Assembly (NCBI GenBank): GCA_963817895.1
Contig: CAWFQB010000001.1
Location: 1,536,001 to 1,600,000 of the forward strand
Reading direction: 5' to 3'
Source of the DNA: an uncultured Chthonomonadaceae bacterium
Lineage (GTDB): Bacteria > Armatimonadota > Chthonomonadetes > Chthonomonadales > Chthonomonadaceae
Length of the DNA: 64,000 bases
The translations under genes were made by a program, and so were the position numbers. Position 1 is the stretch's first letter; every line of letters starts with the position of its first letter. Shown here one piece after another: positions 19,996-31,123 of this stretch. Below the pieces are notes generated by a model, which saw only the letters and a list, made by a program, of their open reading frames with translations, ran no database searches and had not been told where the DNA came from.

Positions 19996-22518
19996 ATGGA
20001 CGACAACAGTACCAATCGCGAACAGGTTGCCGAAGCCCTGCGCCAGAGCGAAGCCCGCTACCGCCGCATCGTCGCCAATGCCCCCGGCATGGTGTACCAG
20101 TTCGCGCGCCGCGTGGATGGTTCCGTCGCGTTTCCCTACGTCAGCACGGGTTCGCTGGCCCTGTTCGGCGTAGCCCCGCAAAGCATCATGGCCGATCCCC
20201 TCGCGCTTGTCGGGCTGGTGCATCCCGACGATATGGGCAGCTTTATGCAGACAGTGGAAACCTCGGCGCAAACGCTGGGCGAGTGGAAATGGGAAGGGCG
20301 GTTTGTGTTGCGTTCCGGGGAAACGCGCTGGATTGGCGGCGCATCGCACCCGGAACAGGAGGCGAATGGCGACGTGCTGTGGGATGGCCTCCTTCTTGAC
20401 ATCACGCCCACCAAAATCGCCGAGGAGAGCCTGCGCCTTCAAAACGAGTATTTCGCCGCCCTGCACGAAACCACGCTTGTCCTGATGCAACGGCTCGATC
20501 TGGAAGATTTATTAGAGCATCTGGCGGCGCGGGCGGGGCGGATGTTGAACGCGCCACACGGCTATATCTATCTGGTCACGCCCGACAGCGAATTCATGGA
20601 ACTCCGAGTCGGGTTGGGAATCGGCGCGGCCTTTCGCGGGCATCGGATGCGCAAAACTGAGGGCGTCGCGGGTCGCGTGTGGGAAAGCGGGCAAACGTGT
20701 ATTGTCAACGATTATAAAGCGTGGAGCGGGCATGTCGCCGACTTCGATACCACGCCCCTGCGGGCAATCATGGCCGCGCCTCTTCTATCGGGCGGGCAAA
20801 TCGCTGGCGTTATCGGGCTTGGCTACGGTTCCGAATCGCAGCAAACGTTTGGCGCATCGGAAAGCGAATTGCTGAACCGCTTTGCCCAACTCGCGTCCAT
20901 CGCTCTGGACAATGCCCGCCTGTATACCGCGCTGCAAACGGAACTGGGCGAACGCAAAAAGGTCGAGGCCGCCCTGACGCTGGCGAAAGAAGAGGCGGAA
21001 ACGGCCAACCGCACCAAAAGCCAGTTTCTCGCCAACATGAGCCACGAACTGCGGACGCCGCTCAACGCCATCATCGGCTACAGCGAAATGCTGCAAGACG
21101 ACGCGGCAGATGCGGGGCAAGAAGAAATCATTCCCGACCTGCAAAAAATCAACAGCGCGGGCAAGCACCTGCTGACCTTAATCAACGACGTGTTGGACCT
21201 GTCCAAAATCGAAGCGGGCAAAATGGAATTATACGTGGAAACCTTCGATGTTGCCGCGATGATTCAGGAGGTTGTCAGCACGATTCGCCCCCTCGCGCAG
21301 AAGAATGGCAACACGCTTGAATCACGCTGTAGCCCGGATGTGGGCGCGATGCGCGCCGACCTGACCAAAGTGCGCCAATCGCTGTTCAACCTGATTTCCA
21401 ATGCCGCCAAATTTACCAGTCAGGGGCGCATTACGCTGGACGCGAAGCGCGAAACGGGCGAAAGCGATTGGATCGTGTTTCAGGTGTCGGATACGGGCAT
21501 CGGCATGACGCGGGAGCAGATGGACAGGCTGTTTCAGGCGTTCGCGCAGGCCGATGCGTCCACCACGCGCAAATACGGCGGAACCGGGCTGGGGCTGGCG
21601 ATTACCCGCCACTTTTGCGAAATGATGGGCGGCGCAATCACGCTGGAAAGCGCGGCCGGCGAGGGAACCACCTTTACGATTCGCCTGCCCGCCGGGGTTC
21701 ATGCCGAAGCCGCCGTCGTGGAAGAGTTGCCGGCAGAAACAATGGATGCGCGAACGCAATTGGAAAGCGCGAAAAAACCCGCCGCGATTCTGGTGATTGA
21801 CGATGACGCCGCCGCGCGTGACCTGATGCGCGACGCGCTGACGAACGCGGGCTACCGCGTTGAGTGCGCGGCTTCGGGCGAGGAGGGGTTGCGCATTGCC
21901 CGCAAAATCCATCCCATTGCCATCACTTTAGACGTGATGATGCCGCACATGGACGGATGGGCAACCCTGTCGGCGATGAAAGCGGACCCGGAACTGGCGC
22001 ATATTCCCGTTGTGATGATGACGCTGTCCGAGGATTCGAGCATGGGCTACTCGCTTGGCGCGGCGGACTACCTGACCAAGCCCGTGGAACCCCTGCGTCT
22101 AGCCGCGATTCTGGACAAATTCCGCGCCCATCCGTCCGTGAAAACCGTACTTGTTGTGGAAGACAATGTGCCAACCCGTCAAATGCTGCGCCAGATGCTG
22201 CAAAAGGCGGGCTGGAGAGTGCTGGAAGCGGAAAACGGGCGCGTTGGTCTGGAACGAGTGGCGGAACATCTGCCCGACCTGATTCTGCTGGACTTGATGA
22301 TGCCGGAAATGGACGGCTTCGAGTTCACGGCAGAGATGCGCGAGCGCGAAGAGTGGAGCGCGATTCCCATCATCGTTATCACCGCCAAAGATATAACGTC
22401 CGAAGACCGTCACCGATTGGAAGGCCGCGTCACGCAGTTGCTGCAAAAAGGTACCTACAACCATCAGGCGCTTATCGGGAGAATTCGTGAATTGTTACGG
22501 AGCGAAAAAGATGCCTAA
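19996..22518 (+). CDS. Hybrid sensor histidine kinase (PAS-GAF-HisKA-HATPase-2xREC)
   Basis: [33 protein letters not shown], two receiver domains. Confidence 0.95.
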   Translation: MDDNSTNREQVAEALRQSEARYRRIVANAPGMVYQFARRVDGSVAFPYVSTGSLALFGVAPQSIMADPLALVGLVHPDDMGSFMQTVETSAQTLGEWKWEGRFVLRSGETRWIGGASHPEQEANGDVLWDGLLLDITPTKIAEESLRLQNEYFAALHETTLVLMQRLDLEDLLEHLAARAGRMLNAPHGYIYLVTPDSEFMELRVGLGIGAAFRGHRMRKTEGVAGRVWESGQTCIVNDYKAWSGHVADFDTTPLRAIMAAPLLSGGQIAGVIGLGYGSESQQTFGASESELLNRFAQLASIALDNARLYTALQTELGERKKVEAALTLAKEEAETANRTKSQFLANMSHELRTPLNAIIGYSEMLQDDAADAGQEEIIPDLQKINSAGKHLLTLINDVLDLSKIEAGKMELYVETFDVAAMIQEVVSTIRPLAQKNGNTLESRCSPDVGAMRADLTKVRQSLFNLISNAAKFTSQGRITLDAKRETGESDWIVFQVSDTGIGMTREQMDRLFQAFAQADASTTRKYGGTGLGLAITRHFCEMMGGAITLESAAGEGTTFTIRLPAGVHAEAAVVEELPAETMDARTQLESAKKPAAILVIDDDAAARDLMRDALTNAGYRVECAASGEEGLRIARKIHPIAITLDVMMPHMDGWATLSAMKADPELAHIPVVMMTLSEDSSMGYSLGAADYLTKPVEPLRLAAILDKFRAHPSVKTVLVVEDNVPTRQMLRQMLQKAGWRVLEAENGRVGLERVAEHLPDLILLDLMMPEMDGFEFTAEMREREEWSAIPIIVITAKDITSEDRHRLEGRVTQLLQKGTYNHQALIGRIRELLRSEKDA

Positions 22519-22888
22519 AATATTGCTGGTGGAAGACAATGAGGATAATCGCGATATGCTGTCCCGGCGCTTGACCAAAAAGGGGTACGAGGTCGTGTGC
22601 GCAGCCGATGGAGCGCAGGGCGTGGAAATGGCGCGTTCCGATGCGCCCAACCTGATTTTAATGGATATGAGCCTGCCCATCGTGGACGGTTGGGAGGCTA
22701 CGCGCCGTATCAAGACCGACGCGGCGACGCAGGCCATCCCCATCATCGCGCTGACAGCCCACGCGATGGCCGGGGATCGGGAAAAAGCGCTGGCTGCGGG
22801 CTGTGATGATTACGATACCAAGCCGATTGAACTGCCCGGCCTGCTGAACAAAATCGAAACGCTGCTCAAGACGGGACAAAATAAATAG
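22511..22888 (+). CDS. Single-domain response regulator (DivK-like)
   Basis: [24 protein letters not shown]. Confidence 0.93.
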   Translation: MPKILLVEDNEDNRDMLSRRLTKKGYEVVCAADGAQGVEMARSDAPNLILMDMSLPIVDGWEATRRIKTDAATQAIPIIALTAHAMAGDREKALAAGCDDYDTKPIELPGLLNKIETLLKTGQNK

Positions 22889-24289
22889 ATGAATTCTCAG
22901 ACCCCCCTCCATTCCAATGAGGAAGGCAGCGACGAACTTGCGCTGGCGGCGGAAGTGGCGCACGTTCGCCACGACCTGATGAACCCGATTAATCAGATTA
23001 TCGGCTATGCGGAGATGCTGATCGAGGAGGCCGAAGACGCGGGGCAGGATAGTTTTGTCCCCGACCTGCACCGCATCCGCAACGCCACCAATACGCTCGT
23101 GATGCTGATAAACGAGTTTTTCGGCTCACAGTCCGATAAAGGCGAGGGAGAGAATACTCCTCCCACGCTGGACAGGGCGGTTGTCGGCGCGTTGATTGCG
23201 CCCGAAACTGGTGGAGGCCTTCCGCGACCGGGGCAGAGTCGTTTGCTTGTCGTGGACGATCTGCCCGAAAACCGCAATGTGCTTTCCCGGCGATTAGAGC
23301 GGCAGGGGCATTATGTGGCGACGGCGGCAAACGGGCGCGAGGGGCTGCAAAAACTGCGGGCGGAACCGTTCGATCTGGTGCTGCTGGATGTGCTGATGCC
23401 CGAAATGGACGGTTATCAGATGCTGCAGCAGTTGAAGGCCAGCAAGCGTATGCGGCATATTCCCGTGATTATGATTTCCGCGCTCGGCGAACTGGACAGC
23501 GTTGTCCGCTGCATCGAACTGGGGGCCGAGGATTATCTGCCCAAGCCGTTCAACCCCATTCTGCTGCGCGCCCGGTTGGGCGCGTGTCTGGAAAAAAAGC
23601 GGCTGCGGGATCGGGAGCAGGAGTATCTGGAACTGATTACGCGGGAGCGTGAAAAGGCCGACAGCCTGCTGCTCAACATCCTGCCCGACGCCATTGCGCA
23701 GCGTTTGAAAGCGGGCGAAACGCCGATTGCCGACCGATTAGAAGACGTGACGGTTCTGTTCGCCGACATCGTAGGATTTACTCATCTCGCCAGCCATACG
23801 CCGCCGGACGACGTGGTAGGACTGCTGAACACCATCTTTTCCCGCTTCGATCAGCTTGCCGAGGAGTACGGACTGGAAAAAATCAAGACTATCGGGGATG
23901 CCTACATGGTGGTCGGCGGCCTGCCCACGTACCGCCCGGATCACGCTGAAGCCCTTGCGGATGTGGCGCTGGCAATGTGTACGGTTACGTCGGAGATTGA
24001 AGCGAAATACGGAGGCAGCCTGCAAATCCGTATCGGCATGCACACCGGCCCCGTCGTCGCGGGCGTGATCGGCAGGAAAAAATTCGCCTACGATCTATGG
24101 GGCGATACGGTCAACATCGCGCACCGGATGCAGACAACCGGCGAACCGGGCCGCGTCCATACTACCCGCGCGGTTCGGGAACGCCTGCAAGCGCATTTCA
24201 CATTCGAGGAGCGCGGCGACACGGAGATTAAGGGACAGGGCTTAATGGCGACGGCGTTTCTGGTGGGGAGGAAGGAAGAAGGTTGTTAG
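22889..24289 (+). CDS. HisKA-REC-class III adenylate/guanylate cyclase
   Basis: RHDLMNP, a REC domain, LFADIVGFT, KTIGDAYM, YDLWGDTVNIA. Confidence 0.92.
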   Translation: MNSQTPLHSNEEGSDELALAAEVAHVRHDLMNPINQIIGYAEMLIEEAEDAGQDSFVPDLHRIRNATNTLVMLINEFFGSQSDKGEGENTPPTLDRAVVGALIAPETGGGLPRPGQSRLLVVDDLPENRNVLSRRLERQGHYVATAANGREGLQKLRAEPFDLVLLDVLMPEMDGYQMLQQLKASKRMRHIPVIMISALGELDSVVRCIELGAEDYLPKPFNPILLRARLGACLEKKRLRDREQEYLELITREREKADSLLLNILPDAIAQRLKAGETPIADRLEDVTVLFADIVGFTHLASHTPPDDVVGLLNTIFSRFDQLAEEYGLEKIKTIGDAYMVVGGLPTYRPDHAEALADVALAMCTVTSEIEAKYGGSLQIRIGMHTGPVVAGVIGRKKFAYDLWGDTVNIAHRMQTTGEPGRVHTTRAVRERLQAHFTFEERGDTEIKGQGLMATAFLVGRKEEGC

Positions 24290-24385
24290 TTGTTAAGTTG
24301 TTAGTTGTTAGTGTCAGGATTACAGCTGAATTACCTAACGACTTAACAACCTAACAACTAACAACCTAACAACTAACAACCTTCT

Positions 24386-24877
24386 CTAATCGTGCCGCAG
24401 TCCGACAATCTCATAACACGCTTTGCCGTCGGGGATGGGGACTTCCACTTTATCGCCCACTTTTTTGCCGCGCAGTTCCCTGCCGACGGGGGAATTGACG
24501 GAGATTCGGTTGTTGCCGGGGTCGGCGGAGGTGGCGTCTACGAGCGTGTACTCCCACTCGTCTTCCATTTCCAGATCGCGCACCTTGACGATGGAACCCA
24601 GTCCCACCATGTCGCCGCCCGCCGATTCATCCGCAACCACGCGGGCGCGTTCCAGCAGCGATTCCAGTTCGGCAATGCGTCCGTTGTTGATGGCCTGCGC
24701 CTGCCGCGCCGACTGGTACTCGAAGTTTTCCGACAAATCCCCGTACTCGCGCGCTTTACGGATGGCTTCGGTAATCTCAGTGCGCTTCACGGTACGCAGC
24801 AGCGTTAATTCTTCTTCTTTCTGCTTTTTGCTGCTGGCGGTCAGAACAATTTCGTCATGCTGCATGGCCTCTGCCAC
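24386..24877 (-). CDS. greA: Transcription elongation factor GreA
   Basis: AREYGDLSENFEY, ISVNSPVG. Confidence 0.95.
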   Translation of the reverse strand: MAEAMQHDEIVLTASSKKQKEEELTLLRTVKRTEITEAIRKAREYGDLSENFEYQSARQAQAINNGRIAELESLLERARVVADESAGGDMVGLGSIVKVRDLEMEDEWEYTLVDATSADPGNNRISVNSPVGRELRGKKVGDKVEVPIPDGKACYEIVGLRHD

Positions 24878-24986
24878 TCCTTCAAGCCAATGTTGAAATA
24901 GGTATCAACGCTTATAAGAATTAAGAACCGCCAAAAATAAAAGACGCGCGAACGCCGCGTTCAAAAACGCTCGTTCGCACGTCTCT

Positions 24987-25015
24987 AAGATACCATACCC
25001 GCGCCTGCCTGTCAA
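24987..25015 (-). promoter_or_regulatory. Sigma70 promoter for greA
   Basis: Minus strand TTGACA-N17-TATCTT with TG extension. Confidence 0.7.
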
Positions 25016-25228
25016 CGAAATTTATAAAACTATGTGGACATTCCGGCACGTAACTGACCTGCCCCCGGTATTTTGGTTCACCAAAAGCAGCGGTGAACCA
25101 AATTTTCAGGGGCATATCATTAGATTGTCAGGTGTTCTGCTAATAGTCCGCCGCGCAAAAACAAATGTGTTACTCTTGCGCTGTCCTGAACACCTGAAAA
25201 CTTAACAACCTGACAACCTGTTATTAAC

Positions 25229-25515
25229 CTACCGTTTACCGATGGTCACGCCTCTGCGCTGCAAGGCCACGCTGAACGTGTCGGCCAGCGTCGCTTTGGT
25301 AATGACGGTACTCAGGTCTACGCCCAGATGGATAATTCCAGCATATCCTCCTGTCGCGGAACAGACTCAGGAATTCGCGGCACTGGTCGCGCAGTTCCGA
25401 ACCCTCAATCAGGTTGCTGCGCATCGCGCGTCTGCGCGGCCAGCCACTCTGCCAGCAGGTCGGCGTAGCGCGTTCGTAAAATCTCCGGCAGGCGACTCGC
25501 GCCGTCAGATGTCAT
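25229..25515 (-). pseudogene. Internally deleted RsbR-type (RsbRD_N + STAS) stressosome gene relic
   Basis: AAGGAG RBS and ATG give MTSDGASRLPEILRTRYADLLAEWLAAQ.., then ..SNLIEGSELRDQCREFLSLFRD, then in another frame IIHLGVDLSTVITKATLADTFSVALQRRG* (STAS C-terminus); the middle is missing. Confidence 0.7.
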
Positions 25516-25746
25516 CAGCGAAACTCCTTTGGGTATGATACGGCACAACGGAAAATGAGGGCAGTCCTTCAGCTCCTCTAAAGCGAACAGCGAGGGGTGG
25601 AAGAGGGACTGGAAACACGATAAACCGTCTGTTTACCGGAACCCTGCCATCGTACCATAAGCGGGCGGGAAACGCAAATAGTTCGTCGGGCATATTCGGT
25701 TTGCAGGCGGTACAGGTATACTGTATTCGATCAACGAAATCAAACC

Positions 25747-26733
25747 ATGGCTCAAATTCCACAGCAAAATCAGAATACGGCGACTGCGCAAGTTCATGGC
25801 GTGGTCGTGGTGGACAAGCCGCAAGGCATGACCTCGCATGATGTTGTCGCTATTGCGCGTAAGATGTTTCGGACCAGGCGCGTGGGGCATACGGGAACAC
25901 TGGACCCGGATGCGACGGGCGTGATGGTGTTGTGTCTGGGACACGCGACAAAAGTTGCCGAATACCTCAGCGCGGCCCGCAAACACTATACGGCGGAAAT
26001 CGTTTTCGGCGTGGAAACCGACACGCAGGACGCGGGCGGGCAGGTTATCGCCACGCGGGATGCGAGCGAGGTGACGGAAGCGCGGGTACGCGCTGTTTTG
26101 CCCGCTTTCCGGGGCGCAATTCAGCAGGTTCCCCCGATGGTTTCCGCTCTGCACCATGAGGGCAAGCGTTTGTACGATCTGGCGCGGCAGGGCATTACCG
26201 TAGAACGGGCGGCCCGAACGCTTCATATTGATGAACTGGAACTGACCGCTTTTACGTCCGGCGCGCATCCCGTCGCGCAATTGGAAATAACCTGTTCTAC
26301 GGGAACGTATATACGCTCGCTTGCGTCCGACATTGGAACCGCAGTGGGAACGGGCGGCATGATGCAGTCCCTGCGCCGAACGTGGGTAGGCGAACGGCTG
26401 GACGAGCCGAACCGTCCGTTTACGCTGGCAAACGCGCATACGCTGGAAGAGTTGCGTGACCGGGCGCAGGCGGGAACGCTGGCAGACGTAGTTTTGCCGC
26501 TGTCTCTTGCGCTTACCGGATGGGCGCAGGCGCAACTCAATAGCGAACAAGCAGGGCGTATCCGGCGCGGGCAAACCGTTACGCTTGCCGATATAGACGC
26601 GCAGCGCTTGACGAATTGGCCTCCTGCAACAACGGATACGCCGGTTGCCCTGCTCGACGAAGCGGGTGAGGTGATTGCGCTGGCCCGTGTGGAGGTGGCG
26701 CACCTGCAACCGTATAAGGTTTTCGCGGCGTAA
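25747..26733 (+). CDS. truB: tRNA pseudouridine(55) synthase
   Basis: DKPQGMTSHDVV, GHTGTLDP, CSTGTYIRSL. Confidence 0.96.
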   Translation: MAQIPQQNQNTATAQVHGVVVVDKPQGMTSHDVVAIARKMFRTRRVGHTGTLDPDATGVMVLCLGHATKVAEYLSAARKHYTAEIVFGVETDTQDAGGQVIATRDASEVTEARVRAVLPAFRGAIQQVPPMVSALHHEGKRLYDLARQGITVERAARTLHIDELELTAFTSGAHPVAQLEITCSTGTYIRSLASDIGTAVGTGGMMQSLRRTWVGERLDEPNRPFTLANAHTLEELRDRAQAGTLADVVLPLSLALTGWAQAQLNSEQAGRIRRGQTVTLADIDAQRLTNWPPATTDTPVALLDEAGEVIALARVEVAHLQPYKVFAA

Positions 26734-26771
26734 GTCAAACACAAATATGAGTATTATTCCAAAGGCTGAGA

Positions 26772-27813
26772 ATGAACGTTTACGATGGATTGGAGGCGGT
26801 CACGACGCCGTTTCCCGCCTCTTCGGTGGCTATTGGAACTTTTGACGGCGTACATGTCGGGCATCAGGCGATTATTCGCGCGGCGGTGGCGGATGCGCAG
26901 CGTCACGCGCGCCCCGCGCTGGTTTTTACCTTCGACCGTCACCCGGCGGAACTGTTTGCCCCGGAACACGCGCCCGCCCTGCTGACCACGCCCGAACAGC
27001 GCAATACGTTGATTGCTGAATTGGGCGTGGATGGGCTGGTTATCGCGCATTTCGATACCGCGCTGGCGCAACTATCGCCGGATGATTTCGTACAGCGTAT
27101 TCTGAAAGACAAACTGGGCGCACAGGCCATTGTGGAGGGCGCGAACTTCTGCTTCGGCAAGGACCGGGCGGGCAATGTGGCGTATCTGCAGGCCGCGCAG
27201 TCGCAGTACGATTTTACCCTGACCGCGCTGGAACCCATTATGGCGGCGGGAGCGCCGGCAAGCAGTACCCGCATCCGCGAGGCGCTGCGGGCGGGCGATG
27301 TGGCCTTAGCGGAAACCGTTTTGGGACATGCGTATCAGCTTGTCGGCACAGTCGTAGGCGGGCAGCAGTTGGGCCGGACATTGGGCTACCCGACCGCCAA
27401 TCTGGAACTGACGCTATCGGCAGGCGGTTCCCGGCGATGGCATTTACGCGGTTGTCGCTACGCTCGACGATGGCCGCAGGGTTGGCGGGGCATGCAGCAT
27501 CGGGGAACGCCCGACGGTCGAGGGCGCGGGCCGCTCGATTGAAACGTATCTGCTGGATTTCGCGGAAGATATTTACGGGCAGCAAATGTCGCTGCGCTTC
27601 GTGGAAAAGTTGCGCGACGAACTGCGCTTCGCTTCGCTGGCCGAACTCACCGTCCAAATGGCAAATGACGTGACGCAAACCCGCTATATTCTGGCAGAAA
27701 AGAAATTTGGGATGAGACATCAGCCCTTATCCTTCGCACAAGGAGGGGAGCGCTTACATTTAAGGGGGACGAAGGCTTTTCATAATCTCTTTTCTCGAAT
27801 GAATGGGGAATAA
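26772..27813 (+). CDS. ribF: Riboflavin kinase/FAD synthetase, frameshift near 27415
   Basis: GTFDGVHVGH, SSTRIR, GRTLGYPTAN; continues as GIYAV..SIGERPT..IETYLLDF..LRDELRF in another frame. Confidence 0.92.
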
Positions 27814-27845
27814 TTCAACGCGGAAAGATGAAGAGGGCAGTGGCT

Positions 27846-28716
27846 ATGAACTTTGCGCGTTACAACGATGGCAGCAGTAATCCGCCGCGCCTGCGCGTTC
27901 AACATTCGCTGTGGTCGCTGCGCAAACTGCCCATGAACGGCGCAGTGGAATGGACGCTGGCGGAAAAGTTTCGGCGCGTGAAGGCTGAAGGGTTTGAGGC
28001 GGTGGAGTGCTGGCTCACGGACGAGGATGAGCGGGAACACAAGGCCGCGCTGGATGCGGAAGGGTTGAGGCTCGTGTTGGGACACCGCCCGTTCACGCTC
28101 GACGATGTGAAGAAGACGGTTGACCGCGCGGTTCGATTGGGCGCGGATTATATGTTTGCGCAGCCTGCCGACGCTTTCACGCCCCTTGAAACGGTTGCCG
28201 CTCTGTGCCGTGACGGGCGCAAAATCGCCAACGACGCGGGTATTCCCTTTTTCGTGGAAACGCATCGCAACAACTTTACGGAAACCCTGCCGCAAACGCG
28301 GCAGTTGATAGAACAGGTTCCCGACATCCGCTTTACGGGCGACCTGTCGCATTTCGTGGTCGTGGGCGAGTTTTATGGCTGGAAGGACGAGCGGGCTGTA
28401 GACCGCATGATGCCGGTTCTGGAACGCGCCTCGCATCTGCACGGGCGCATTTCCAACGGCGAACAGGTACAGGTGGATGTGGGTGAGGGAACCGGCGACA
28501 CGGCGCAATTTTTCGTCAACCTATGGGCGACAGCCATGCGCCACTGGCTCAAAGACGCGCAGACCGGGCGACGTATTTCCCTTCGCCAGCGAACTCGGCC
28601 CGCCACGCTACGCCATTACTACGCCCGATGGCCGCGAATTCAGCGACCGTTGGGAACAGAGTCTCGTGATGAAGCGTCTGGCAGAACAAGCGTGGGAGGA
28701 AGGGAGGAGGGAATAG
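27846..28716 (+). CDS. Sugar-phosphate isomerase/epimerase-type TIM-barrel protein, frameshift near 28560
   Basis: VETHR, GDLSH, HGRISN; C-terminus ELGPPRYAIT in a shifted frame. Confidence 0.75.
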
Positions 28717-28804
28717 AGAGTAGGGAGTAGGAAAAGCGTTGTTCAACTCGCGCATTGTCCTACTCCCTACCACCTACTCCCTATTCCCTACCCGGAGGAT
28801 AACG

Positions 28805-30028
28805 ATGCCCAGTTTTAACATCGGGATTGAAGAAGAGTACCAGACCATTGATCCCGAAACGCGGGATTTGCGCTCGCATATTGACGCGGAAATTATCGGC
28901 AAGGGCAAGACGCGGCTGCGCGAAGAGGTCAAGGCCGAAATGCACCAGTCCGTTGTCGAGATCGGGAACCGGCATTTGCGCCAATGTGCAGGAGGCCAAA
29001 GAGCAGGTCACGGAGATGCGCAGCCAGATTATCGCACTGGCGCGGGAAAACGGCCTGCTGCTTGCCGCGTCGGGGACGCATCCGTTTGCCGACTGGCGCG
29101 AACAGGAGATTTATCCCGATGAGCGCTATCGCGTGATTGTGGAAGATTTGGCGCAGGTGGCGCGGGCGAACCTGATTTTCGGCCTGCATGTCCATATCGG
29201 CATCGAAGACCGCGAAGAGGCCATTCATGTAATGAACACGGTGCGCTACTTTCTGCCGCACATTCTGGCCCTGTCCACCAATTCGCCCTTCTGGATGGGC
29301 ATGGATACCGGCCTGAAATCGTATCGCTGCAAAGTGTTCGACAAGTTTCCGCGCACCAATATTCCCGACTATTTTCTCAGTTGGGACGAGTTTGAGAATT
29401 TTATTGAGATGCTGGTGCAGACCAACAGCATTGACAACGCCAAGAAAATCTGGTGGGACATTCGCCCGCATCCGTTTTTCCCCACGCTGGAATTTCGCAT
29501 CTGCGACGTGCCGATGCGCGATAGACGAGACCATTGCCATTGTCGCGCTGATACAGGCGACCGTCGCCAAATTGCACAAGACTGCACGCGGCCAATCAGG
29601 ACTATCGCCAGTATCGCCGCGACCTGCTGATGGAGAACAAGTGGCGCGCGCTGCGCTACGGCGTGGAGGGCAAACTGATTGACTTCGGCAAGAAGATCGA
29701 AGTGCCGTTCAAAGATTTGATGCTGGAGTATCTGGATTTCGTGGACGATGTGGTAGACGAATTGGGTTCCCGCAGGGAACTGGAATATATCAAAACGATG
29801 CTGGAAGTGGGCAGTGGCGCCGACCGACAATTAAAGGTATATCGTGAAACAGGAGATTTGAAGAAAGTGGTAGATTACATTGTTGCGGAAACGGCCCTGC
29901 CCCCCGGCAGCCCGGTAGGTTCGACTTCACTGCCTACAACCGGACATGACAATCCGAATGCGTGGCCGGATATTACCAGCCATGCGGCGGTGAAAACATC
30001 CACAGCGGAAGGGGGCGTAACGGCATGA
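28805..30028 (+). CDS. Carboxylate-amine ligase (GCS2/YbdK family), several frameshifts
   Basis: GIEEEYQ, GTHPFADW, FGLHVHIG, STNSPFW, WWDIRPHP, LEFRICD, ENKWRALRYG. Confidence 0.9.
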
Positions 30029-31041
30029 GCATGTTAAGCGCGTATCCCTTTAACCCGGCTTACACGCTTGGCGCGAACAACGCCGTGAAAGTGTGCCTGC
30101 GCATACAGCCGTCCGAAAAAGTGACCGTGATTACGGATCGCGCCTGCCTGGAAATCGCGGCCAGCCTTGTCCGCGAACTGGATGAGTTGGGCGTCGCCTA
30201 CAATCCCTTTATTCTGGAAGACCTTGCCCCGCGTCCACTCGTTGATATGCCCCGCGAAGTGCTGGACGATCTGGAAACCAGTCAGGTCAGCATTTTCGCG
30301 GTGCAGGCGCAAACCAACGAACTGAAAACGCGGATGCAGATGACGGAAGTGGTCAATCGCCGCAGTATCCGCCACGCCCACATGGTCAACATCGAGCCGC
30401 AGATCATGGTCGAGGGGATGCGGGCGGACTTTCTGGAAGTGGACGCCCTGAGCGTCCGCGTGTTCGACATTGTGACGCAGGCCAAAGTGATCCGGGCGAC
30501 AACCCCGGCGGGAACCGACATTACCGCCCAACTCAACCCCGATTACAAATGGCTGAAAACCAGCGGCATCATCAGCCCGCACAAGTGGGGCAATCTTCCG
30601 GGCGGGGAAGTGTTCACCACCCCGCATGAAGTGAACGGAACCTTCGTCATTGACGGCGTGGTGGGCGATTATCTGTGCGCCAAATACGGCAACCTGCGCG
30701 AAACGCCGCTGACGATTCGCGTGGAGGGCAACCGTCTGGTATCCGCCGATAGCGACAACAAGGAACTGGTCGAGGAGTTCTGGAACTACACGCATACCGA
30801 CGAGAACAGCGACCGCGTGGGCGAGTTCGCCATTGGAACCAACATCGGCCTGACCGACGTTATCGGCAACATTTTGCAGGATGAAAAATTGCCCGGCGTC
30901 CACATCGCGTTCGGCAATCCCTACGGCCTGCACACGGGCGCGGAGTGGGACTCCTCCACGCACATTGACGTGGTCGGCCTCAAATTCGACATCTGGGCCG
31001 ATGATTTTCAGATCATGCGGGCCGGGAAGTTTCTGATATAA
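30025..31041 (+). CDS. M29-like (thermophilic metalloprotease) aminopeptidase
   Basis: NLPGGEVF, GEFAIGTN, DEK..GVHIAFG, HID; ATGA coupling to the ligase. Confidence 0.88.
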   Translation: MSMLSAYPFNPAYTLGANNAVKVCLRIQPSEKVTVITDRACLEIAASLVRELDELGVAYNPFILEDLAPRPLVDMPREVLDDLETSQVSIFAVQAQTNELKTRMQMTEVVNRRSIRHAHMVNIEPQIMVEGMRADFLEVDALSVRVFDIVTQAKVIRATTPAGTDITAQLNPDYKWLKTSGIISPHKWGNLPGGEVFTTPHEVNGTFVIDGVVGDYLCAKYGNLRETPLTIRVEGNRLVSADSDNKELVEEFWNYTHTDENSDRVGEFAIGTNIGLTDVIGNILQDEKLPGVHIAFGNPYGLHTGAEWDSSTHIDVVGLKFDIWADDFQIMRAGKFLI

Positions 31042-31123
31042 GAGGAGTAGGGAGTAGGGAATGGGGAGTCAAAAGGATACCCTATCCTGGTTCTACTCCC
31101 TCACTCCCTACTCCCTACTCCCT

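Noticed and set aside
18831..20399. Long antisense ORFs (also 2057-3211, 41079-42584, 60692-62239)
   Set aside because: Shadows of well-supported genes on the opposite strand in GC-rich DNA.
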